A DNA stretch of 6,712 nucleotides from a virus, in the IMG/VR virus record IMGVR_UViG_3300029783_000068, positions 1 through 6,712 of that record; one strand, given 5' to 3'. The position numbers were made by a program, and so were the translations under genes. The notes below the pieces were generated by a model, which saw only the letters and a list, made by a program, of their open reading frames with translations, did not search any database and was not told the DNA's origin. The stretch's first letter is position 1, and every line of letters starts with the position of its first letter. Of this stretch, positions 1 to 5,449 are shown piece after piece.

Positions 1-497
1 AGCAACAGATGCAGCTTTATTCGTATTCCGCTAATTTGTTTTCTCAGTATGCGCAAGGTTTGTTGTCTTTGGCTACCATTAAGAATCGATTGGCAGAATA
101 TAGTGAATCTATTGCCCGTACCCGAGGTTTAAATATTTCTAACGAGCAGTCCGAGAAGCTTTCTGAATACTTTATTCGTGCGATGAAAGAGGAATATCAG
201 TCTAATGCTGCTTATTATCGTTCATACAAATCTATTGCCGGTGCTGTTGCTACTAGTCGTGGTAATATGGATATTTATGAATCTCAGCTTTCCCGCCTTC
301 AGAGAGATATGCAGGAATTGTTTGCAAAGCGTGAAGGCCATTCCTTGATGAATCGCAAGGCTTATTTTCGTGCGCAGCAGATTTGGCGTGATTTTATTGG
401 TGGTATTATGTCTGGTGCTGCTGCCGGTACTGGTGTTGGTGCCATGTCTAATTATCCTCGCGCCTCGCATAAGACGGTTAAAGGTTTTAGTCGTTAA
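1..497 (+). CDS. VP2: minor capsid / DNA pilot protein (VP2/H-like), C-terminal part; continuation of CDS 5860..6712 across the circular junction (complete codons begin at 3; stop TAA 495-497; whole protein ~416 aa)
   Basis: The frame opened at ATG 5860 runs through 6712 and continues in phase at window start, since 1-99 are identical to 6614-6712. The N-terminal region contains the Microviridae VP2-like segment NAEQAAINREWQTSERDAQNQWNLDQWNRENEYNSPAAQRARLEEAGYNPYM. T-rich third codon positions. Confidence 0.8.
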   Translation, partial: QQMQLYSYSANLFSQYAQGLLSLATIKNRLAEYSESIARTRGLNISNEQSEKLSEYFIRAMKEEYQSNAAYYRSYKSIAGAVATSRGNMDIYESQLSRLQRDMQELFAKREGHSLMNRKAYFRAQQIWRDFIGGIMSGAAAGTGVGAMSNYPRASHKTVKGFSR

Positions 498-501
498 TTA
501 C

Positions 502-524
502 TCCTCCGGTTTACAACCGGAGGA
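502..524 (+). other. perfect 10-bp inverted repeat hairpin TCCTCCGGTT-tac-AACCGGAGGA, 5 nt after the VP2 stop; possible terminator or ssDNA structural element
   Basis: Read directly: 502-511 is the reverse complement of 515-524. No T-tract follows immediately (TTTTT only at 541-545). Confidence 0.5.
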
Positions 525-568
525 ATCTACTCGATTAACATTTTTATATGTTATTTAACATTATATTC

Positions 569-599
569 TTTGGAATTGCATAATAAAATGCTATCTTTG
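569..599 (+). promoter_or_regulatory. candidate Bacteroidetes-type sigma-A promoter: -33 TTTG (569-572), 19-nt spacer, -7 TAtcTTTG (592-599), about 24 nt upstream of ATG 623
   Basis: Exact match to the TTTG...TAnnTTTG consensus, as I recall it for Bacteroides promoters, with canonical spacing. The surrounding DNA is AT-rich, so a chance match is possible. Confidence 0.4.
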
Positions 600-622
600 T
601 AATGTAATCAAAAACAAAGGAT

Positions 623-898
623 ATGAAAACAAACAAATTATTTCGGGTTAATTTTGAGAAAGCTAATGCTATTTATTCAGTTTTTAAAACTTGTAATGTT
701 TTTACAATATTGTTGGATGGCACTTTGCTTCCTGTCTATGATTTTAGTGGTAATAACTTTCGTTCGTCTTTGAATAGTCTTCGCAAGTATTATCCTGACT
801 CTGTAGTTAGGTATCATTTTGAGTCTTCTTTTTATGATCAGAATACTTTACCTACTCCTTTTCATTTAACTTATTCTGATTGTATTCTGTTCTTTTAG
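623..898 (+). CDS. hypothetical protein, 91 aa
   Basis: ORF with strong T bias at third codon positions like the confirmed genes. Same strand as all other genes. Preceded by AAAGGA and the candidate promoter, followed by a GC hairpin. No recognisable motif. Confidence 0.45.
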   Translation: MKTNKLFRVNFEKANAIYSVFKTCNVFTILLDGTLLPVYDFSGNNFRSSLNSLRKYYPDSVVRYHFESSFYDQNTLPTPFHLTYSDCILFF

Positions 899-915
899 GG
901 CTGTTTTTACAGCCC
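898..915 (+). terminator. GC-rich hairpin GGGCTGT-tttt-ACAGCCC (7-bp stem) overlapping the stop of ORF 623-898, followed by TTTAA; weak terminator-like structure
   Basis: 898-904 is the reverse complement of 909-915. Only 3 T follow, so not a canonical intrinsic terminator. Confidence 0.3.
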
Positions 916-957
916 TTTAACACTGTCCGTAGGACACCATTAACGCAGTGAGAGCGC

Positions 958-970
958 CGGACGAAGTCCG
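958..970 (+). other. mini-hairpin CGGAC-GAA-GTCCG (5-bp stem, C-GAA-G triloop)
   Basis: 958-962 is the reverse complement of 966-970. Confidence 0.55.
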
Positions 971-983
971 TGTCGCGGAATCG

Positions 984-994
984 CGTAAACATCC
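984..994 (+). repeat. 11-nt direct repeat CGTAAACATCC, copy 1 (copy 2 at 1083-1093, 99 nt away); both copies lie just 3' of a GAA-triloop hairpin beginning ACGAAGT
   Basis: Exact 11/11 identity read from the sequence. Chance expectation in a 460-nt region is about 0.03. Confidence 0.6.
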
Positions 995-1066
995 TAGCGC
1001 CCTTGAGAATAGTTCCTACTCTTGCGGCGCTCTTTCCCTTGCTTTGTGTTAACCACGTCTCACGCC

Positions 1067-1081
1067 GTCAACGAAGTTGAC
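1067..1081 (+). other. mini-hairpin GTCAAC-GAA-GTTGAC (6-bp stem, C-GAA-G triloop)
   Basis: 1067-1072 is the reverse complement of 1076-1081. Confidence 0.55.
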
Positions 1082-1082
1082 C

Positions 1083-1093
1083 CGTAAACATCC
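1083..1093 (+). repeat. 11-nt direct repeat CGTAAACATCC, copy 2
   Basis: Identical to 984-994. Confidence 0.6.
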
Positions 1094-1128
1094 ATTACGT
1101 CATGTTCAGTCACGTTAGGTTTCGTGTA

Positions 1129-1146
1129 GGGCGCGATGCTGCGCCC
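1129..1146 (+). other. hairpin GGGCGC-gatgct-GCGCCC (6-bp all-GC stem)
   Basis: 1129-1134 is the reverse complement of 1141-1146. Confidence 0.5.
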
Positions 1147-1151
1147 GGAAC

Positions 1152-1164
1152 AGACCGAAGGTCT
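1152..1164 (+). other. mini-hairpin AGACC-GAA-GGTCT (5-bp stem, C-GAA-G triloop)
   Basis: 1152-1156 is the reverse complement of 1160-1164. Confidence 0.55.
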
Positions 1165-1176
1165 ACAAGCGGAGCG

Positions 1177-1191
1177 CCGACCACAGGTCGG
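1177..1191 (+). other. hairpin CCGACC-aca-GGTCGG (6-bp stem, 3-nt loop)
   Basis: 1177-1182 is the reverse complement of 1186-1191. Confidence 0.5.
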
Positions 1192-1226
1192 ATAACAAAA
1201 AACAAAAGGAATAAGAAAGGAATTTA

Positions 1227-1242
1227 GGCTTCCTTAGAAGCC
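1227..1242 (+). other. hairpin GGCTTC-ctta-GAAGCC (6-bp stem), downstream of the purine-rich tandem AAAGGAAT x2 (1205-1223)
   Basis: 1227-1232 is the reverse complement of 1237-1242. Confidence 0.45.
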
Positions 1243-1299
1243 GTTAAGAATTTCTTTATTGTTCCGGTCCGAAGGATTTGTTGTCCTTTAAACGTTGTT

Positions 1300-1308
1300 T
1301 GGCGAAGC
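1300..1308 (+). other. canonical d(GCGAAGC)-type mini-hairpin, GGC-GAA-GCC
   Basis: The sequence GGCGAAGCC contains the GCGAAGC heptamer, known to form an extraordinarily stable DNA mini-hairpin. Confidence 0.5.
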
Positions 1309-1353
1309 CGCGTACATGGAGAATTTAGCGTAGCCTACACTTTTGCCCGAAGG

Positions 1354-1378
1354 GAATCGATGTCACCTTCATCGATTC
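1354..1378 (+). other. 9-bp stem / 7-nt loop hairpin GAATCGATG-tcacctt-CATCGATTC at the boundary between the GC-rich hairpin region and the AT-rich tract 1380-1547; candidate origin-type stem-loop
   Basis: 1354-1362 is the reverse complement of 1370-1378. Each arm contains a palindromic ATCGAT. Confidence 0.45.
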
Positions 1379-1379
1379 A

Positions 1380-1547
1380 ACTCTCTCGTCCTTACTATGC
1401 AAAAGTGACACCTATCCTACTGAATTTGAAGAATTTATTAAATTTTATTTCCTATAGAAATTATCTATACATTTTTCTGTTCATTTATTTTGTATATTAC
1501 CTTTTAGTTTTTATTATTGCATTGTTATTCATCAAAATAATTGTACT
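1380..1547 (+). promoter_or_regulatory. AT-rich non-coding tract upstream of the small ORF and Rep operon; probable promoter and/or DNA-unwinding region (no exact consensus promoter located)
   Basis: Very AT-rich. The only ORF over it (1360-1566) is low-complexity and lacks the T3 codon bias. Near-matches to TAnnTTTG occur (e.g. around 1486-1492) but none is exact. Confidence 0.3.
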
Positions 1548-1742
1548 ATGTTATTCAAAGTCTTAAAACATGCTAAAAACAACGATCCTCAGCGTCCTGT
1601 TGAACCTGTTGTTTATGTTGTTGAGGAAGCTGAACTTCTTCATTTTCTTCATGAAAATTTAAAACCTAGTTCCGGAAACGTGCTTGTGTTCGATTCCTTC
1701 CCCGAAGAGAATCTTTACCTTTTGTCTAACGATAAGGATTAG
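1548..1742 (+). CDS. hypothetical small acidic protein, 64 aa
   Basis: T-rich third codon positions like the bona fide genes. Ends 10 nt before the Rep ATG, giving an operon-like arrangement. No motif recognised. Confidence 0.4.
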   Translation: MLFKVLKHAKNNDPQRPVEPVVYVVEEAELLHFLHENLKPSSGNVLVFDSFPEENLYLLSNDKD

Positions 1743-1752
1743 GTTTTACATC

Positions 1753-3354
1753 ATGGATACCGCAGAGTTCGTCAATAAGTTTTACACTGAATGTCAACAC
1801 AAACGTGAAGTTATTAACCCCTATACTGGTGATATTATTCTCGTTCCCTGTGGTGTCTGTGATGCTTGTAAGGTTTCTAAGTCTGTTCTTGCTGAAAATC
1901 GTATTTATGCTCAGAAGTCTGTTTCGAAACATTGCTATTTTGTTAGTCTCACTTATAAAAATGAGTTTGTCCCTTATTATGAAGTTGAGACTCAGGAGAT
2001 CGATGAAGATAATATTGCTGTTCATGCTTTTGTTCGTCCTCGTCGTAGGCTTACTCGTACTTTCACTTTTCATGGTATTAAGCACGTTCGGCCTGTTCTC
2101 GGTTTAGCGATGGATCAGCAGTTTGACTTTGATTTTTCTTGTAAGAAAGAATATTGGAATCGTTATGCTCTCCAGGCAGATTTGTCTTTTAAAGGAAAGT
2201 ACCCTCAGTATGCCGGTCGTTATGGTTTTCTTTGTCATAAGGACTTGTCTTTATTTATGAAACGTGTACGTAAGCAGATCTTGCTTCGTGATTTAAATCC
2301 TGACCATGAAAAATTACATACATACATTGTGGGAGAGTACGGACCCGTCTCTTTCCGCCCGCATTTCCATATCTTATTTTTCTTTGACTCCGACAAACTC
2401 GCCAAGAATTTTATCCGAGTTGTTAATTCATGCTGGAAATTTGGACGTGTCGATTGCTCTACGTCCAGAGGAAAGGCTGAGTCGTACGTTGCGGGATATC
2501 TTAATAGCTTTACATCTCTTCCCCTACATTTCAAAGAAAATCGCTGCATTCGTCCTTTTGCACGATTCTCTAACCGCTTTGGATTTCAGTTCTTTTCATC
2601 TTCCATTGAAGAAAGTAGGAAAGGAGACTTTTCTAAACTCCTTGATGGAATCAGCGTGCCGGTCAATGGCAAGTATAGAGTTATTCGGCCATGGAGCTCG
2701 ATTATCGATACCTGCTTTTTTCGACCCGTCGCACATAGCCGTCGTACTGTATCTGAATATGTTGAGATATTACGACTTGCTCGGAATATCTGCCAGCGGC
2801 CAGCCTACTGGAAATCATCCATCTTCCAGATACCCAGGCTAATTTATTGGCATTACTACTCGTCTGACCGACAAAGCCAGACAGTGAAAGAGTTGTCTGA
2901 AGATTCTGTCATGACTGATATTATGCAGTTTCTTCATATCGATCCTACCCGAGGCGCTCTTGGTGATGAGTTTTTTGAGCGTTCTTTTTGTAGCCGTTTT
3001 TATATATTTTTTCGGCATTGTGAGAGTTTTCTGTCTTCGATGGGATTCTCCCTTTTCTCTCCGCGAGTAGATTATAATAGGATCCATTCCGCGATTAAGT
3101 TATCTAAAGAGTTTTTTGATGTCAGAGAAAAACAAAGCCTCCAAAATCTTTTTTCAGATTCTCAGTCTTTTGAAAGCGATTGGTCGGATATTTTTTGGAA
3201 TCAAACCGAAGAAAGACAAAGAGAATTTGCAGAGTCCGGATTAGGCTCTATGTGTCGTTCCAAACTTTCTGCTCTTGTACATTCGAAGGTGAAGCATCGG
3301 CACTTGAATGATATGAATAATTTTTTCACGGAGAGAGCTAATTATAATGTCTAG
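1753..3354 (+). CDS. VP4: rolling-circle replication initiation protein (Microviridae VP4 / gpA-like, HUH endonuclease superfamily), 533 aa from ATG 1753 (ORF opens at 1684)
   Basis: Motif I FVSLTY is at 1939-1956 and motif II HFHILFF (HUH) at 2362-2382. Motif III, with two catalytic tyrosines, reads YVAGY at 2485-2499, compared with phiX174 gpA YVAKY. There is an N-terminal Cys cluster C-x18-C-x2-C-x2-C. The conserved-looking N-terminus starts at MDTAEF. Confidence 0.9.
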   Translation: MDTAEFVNKFYTECQHKREVINPYTGDIILVPCGVCDACKVSKSVLAENRIYAQKSVSKHCYFVSLTYKNEFVPYYEVETQEIDEDNIAVHAFVRPRRRLTRTFTFHGIKHVRPVLGLAMDQQFDFDFSCKKEYWNRYALQADLSFKGKYPQYAGRYGFLCHKDLSLFMKRVRKQILLRDLNPDHEKLHTYIVGEYGPVSFRPHFHILFFFDSDKLAKNFIRVVNSCWKFGRVDCSTSRGKAESYVAGYLNSFTSLPLHFKENRCIRPFARFSNRFGFQFFSSSIEESRKGDFSKLLDGISVPVNGKYRVIRPWSSIIDTCFFRPVAHSRRTVSEYVEILRLARNICQRPAYWKSSIFQIPRLIYWHYYSSDRQSQTVKELSEDSVMTDIMQFLHIDPTRGALGDEFFERSFCSRFYIFFRHCESFLSSMGFSLFSPRVDYNRIHSAIKLSKEFFDVREKQSLQNLFSDSQSFESDWSDIFWNQTEERQREFAESGLGSMCRSKLSALVHSKVKHRHLNDMNNFFTERANYNV

Positions 3355-3568
3355 TCGTCGTCCTTACAAGGCGTATTTGTATCAGTCTTCCAATATGCTG
3401 GAAGATAATCAGTTTTATCTCGTGACTGAGATTTATTTGAATGCTCGGTCTTTCGTGGAATTTTCTCATAAGGTTTCAAAACTGAATCAGATCCTTTCGG
3501 ATTCTCATTATGCAGAATCTTTTTATTCTGTTGTTAACCTTGGCGATATTTATTATCGCGAAATTTAA
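3347..3568 (+). CDS. hypothetical small protein, 73 aa, basic N-terminus (MSSRRPYKAY); its start overlaps the Rep stop (ATGTCTAG)
   Basis: T-rich third codon positions. An 8-nt overlap with the rep stop suggests translational coupling. Sits between rep and VP1. A DNA-binding (J/VP8-like) role is speculative. Confidence 0.45.
   Translation: MSSRRPYKAYLYQSSNMLEDNQFYLVTEIYLNARSFVEFSHKVSKLNQILSDSHYAESFYSVVNLGDIYYREI
3543..3559 (+). other. hairpin GCGATA-tttat-TATCGC 14 nt upstream of the VP1 start codon
   Basis: 3543-3548 is the reverse complement of 3554-3559. Could modulate VP1 translation or be incidental. Confidence 0.3.
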
Positions 3569-3572
3569 TTTT

Positions 3573-5438
3573 ATGGCTTCAAACTTATTTTCTTTTGGAG
3601 ATGTTCGGAATCACCCTCACAGGTCCGGTTTCGATCTTTCTCGTCGTATCTGTTTCACCAGCAAGGCTGGTGAACTTTTGCCAGTTTATTATAAACTGGT
3701 TTATCCAGGTGACAAATTTCAGATTCGTCATCAGTTGTTTACTCGTACTCAACCCGTTAATACAGCTGCGTATACTCGTATCCGTGAATATTTGGACTGG
3801 TATTTTGTTCCGTTGCGTTTGATTAATAAGAACCTTCCTCAGGCTCTTATGAATATGCAGGATAATCCGGTTCAGGCATCAGGCATTAACGCTAATAAGA
3901 TTATTACAAATGATATTCCTTATTTTGTTCTTTCTGGTTCTACTGTGTCCCTTGCTGATCTTTTAACAATTATGTATGGTTCTAAAAAGGACGGATCTGC
4001 TGCTGTTTTGAATTTTTTTGGTTTTAATACTGCCTCTCTTTCTGCAAAGTTACTTATGATGCTTCGTTATGGTAATTTTGTTAGTGATATTGTAGATGCT
4101 AATCTTTATGGAAATTCTTTTGGATTGAGTTCTGATCCTAATTTTTCTTTGCGTGCTTATAATAGTAGTTATGCTTTAAACATTTTGCCTCTTGCGGCTT
4201 ATCAGAAGATTTATGCAGATCATTTTAGGTTTTCTCAATGGGAGAAGAATGAGCCTTATACGTACAATTTTGATTGGTATTCAGGTGGTAATGTTTTTGC
4301 TTCTATTGGGCTTAATCAAGTTCGTGAGTATATCGAGAAAAATAATCTTTTAACTCTTCGTTATGCTAATTGGCCGAAAGACCTTTTTATGGGTGTTATG
4401 CCTAATTCCCAGTTAGGTGATGTTTCTGTTGTGGATATTTTACCTACATCCTCTGCTTCGCCTAATCTCATTGGTGATGTTGTTGGTGTTACTGTTGACA
4501 ATGTCAATGCTACCGGATTGATAGCCATGAATGGTACTACTGAGCCCGGAGTGTTTAATATGAGGCCTGCTCGTACGCCTCAGACTGATGCTGTTTTGAG
4601 AGCTGTTATTTCTAATCCTTCTCTTCAGGCTTCTTTTTCTGTTCTTCAGCTTCGTATGGCTGAAGCTGTTCAGCGTTACCGCGAAGTTTCTCAGGTTGCT
4701 GATCAGACTGCCCGCGATCAGATTTATGCGCATTTTGGTGTAAGTTTGTCTCCTGCTTTGTCTGATACTTGTTTCCGCATTGGAGGTTCTGCTTCTAATA
4801 TCGATATTTCTGAGGTAGTCAATACTTTTTTGGGTCCTGATACAGAAACTGAAGCTAATATTAAAGGTAAAGGTGTTGGTACTGGTCAAGGTGGAACTTC
4901 TTTTTCTTCTGACGAATATGGTATTTTGATGGCTATTTATCATATTGTTCCTCTTTTGGATTATGTGATTACTGGTCAGCCTCAGGATCTTTTGTACACT
5001 AATACTGCTGATCTTCCTTTTCCGGAGTTTGATAGTATTGGCATGCAGTCACTTCATTTTGGTCGGTTTTTTAATTACAAGACCGCTGCATTTACCTCTG
5101 ATCCTACAGGTTCGGTTATGGGTTATACTCCGCGTTTTATCGATTTAAAGACTGACTATGATGAGGTATACGGAGCTTTCCGTTCTACTTTAAAATCTTG
5201 GGTTGCTCCGCTTGATCCTACGTATCTTTCTAAATGGGTATCTTCTACCATTCTCCCTGGTGAATCTACTCCTGTTTATTCGTTGAATTATGGTTTCTTT
5301 AAAGTGAATCCGTCTGTTTTGGATAGTATTTTTAGACTTAAGGCTGATAGTTCGATGGATACTGATCAGTTCTTGAGTTCTCTTTATCTGGATGTCAAGG
5401 CTGTCCGGAATTTCGACTATGATGGTATGCCTTATTAA
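3573..5438 (+). CDS. VP1: major capsid protein (Microviridae VP1 / F-like), 621 aa from ATG 3573 (ORF opens at 3510)
   Basis: N-terminus MASNLFSFGDVRNHPHRSGFDLS...LPGDKF...REYLDWYFVPLRL matches the conserved Microviridae VP1 N-terminal jelly-roll region. Size is typical. Strong T3 codon bias. Stop TAA at 5436-5438. Confidence 0.92.
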   Translation: MASNLFSFGDVRNHPHRSGFDLSRRICFTSKAGELLPVYYKLVYPGDKFQIRHQLFTRTQPVNTAAYTRIREYLDWYFVPLRLINKNLPQALMNMQDNPVQASGINANKIITNDIPYFVLSGSTVSLADLLTIMYGSKKDGSAAVLNFFGFNTASLSAKLLMMLRYGNFVSDIVDANLYGNSFGLSSDPNFSLRAYNSSYALNILPLAAYQKIYADHFRFSQWEKNEPYTYNFDWYSGGNVFASIGLNQVREYIEKNNLLTLRYANWPKDLFMGVMPNSQLGDVSVVDILPTSSASPNLIGDVVGVTVDNVNATGLIAMNGTTEPGVFNMRPARTPQTDAVLRAVISNPSLQASFSVLQLRMAEAVQRYREVSQVADQTARDQIYAHFGVSLSPALSDTCFRIGGSASNIDISEVVNTFLGPDTETEANIKGKGVGTGQGGTSFSSDEYGILMAIYHIVPLLDYVITGQPQDLLYTNTADLPFPEFDSIGMQSLHFGRFFNYKTAAFTSDPTGSVMGYTPRFIDLKTDYDEVYGAFRSTLKSWVAPLDPTYLSKWVSSTILPGESTPVYSLNYGFFKVNPSVLDSIFRLKADSSMDTDQFLSSLYLDVKAVRNFDYDGMPY

Positions 5439-5449
5439 ATGTGTTTGTT

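Larger units (their letters stand above)
899..1378 (+). other. ORF-free, GC-enriched, hairpin-dense intergenic region; candidate complementary-strand origin / structured ssDNA element
   Basis: No ORF of 60 aa or more in any frame, and stop codons in all + frames. GC content is visibly higher than the flanks. At least 12 short inverted repeats are present (listed separately below). CGAAG occurs 6 times here versus about 2 times in the rest of the genome. Confidence 0.6.

Noticed and set aside
222-470. Minus-strand ORFs (222-470, 1726-2085, 2235-2549, 2839-3087, 4440-4943, 5489-5884)
   Set aside because: Each is antisense to a strongly supported + strand gene with recognisable motifs. Their products are low-complexity (S/T/N/R-rich), as expected from reading the complement of T3-biased codons. 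Microviridae encode all genes on one strand.
370-558. +1-frame ORFs 370-558, 1805-2107, 2306-2842 and 3595-3822 overlapping VP2, rep and VP1
   Set aside because: All are in the frame where the T-rich wobble position of the real gene becomes codon position 2. That gives L/F/I/V-rich, stop-poor artefactual ORFs with no independent start context. Kept only as a low-probability lysis-gene caveat.
1205-1223. Tandem purine-rich AAAGGAAT x2 as a ribosome-binding site
   Set aside because: No ORF follows, and the host probably does not use SD. More likely part of the structured non-coding region (purine tract).
899-1378. tRNA / tmRNA / CRISPR array in the GC-rich region
   Set aside because: No cloverleaf-compatible acceptor/T-arm (no GTTCRANYC-type T-loop with matching stems). 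Hairpins are short and heterogeneous rather than regularly spaced identical repeats, and the only exact direct repeat is a single 11-mer pair, so it is not a CRISPR array.
1360-1566. ORF 1360-1566 (68 aa)
   Set aside because: Spans the hairpin and the AT-rich tract. Its product is low-complexity (IYFVYYLLVFIIALLFIKIIV) and it lacks the third-position T bias of the real genes. Almost certainly non-coding AT-rich DNA.
3510-3572. Upstream extension of the VP1 ORF (MQNLFILLLTLAIFIIAKFNF)
   Set aside because: This stretch overlaps the 3' end of ORF73 and the hairpin 3543-3559. The conserved Microviridae VP1 N-terminus begins at MASNLFSFGD (ATG 3573).
5439-5441. ATG at 5439 directly after the VP1 stop
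   Set aside because: It is in a frame that terminates after 4 codons (ATG TGT TTG TTA TGA). The real downstream gene uses ATG 5450 (or GTG 5441) in another frame.
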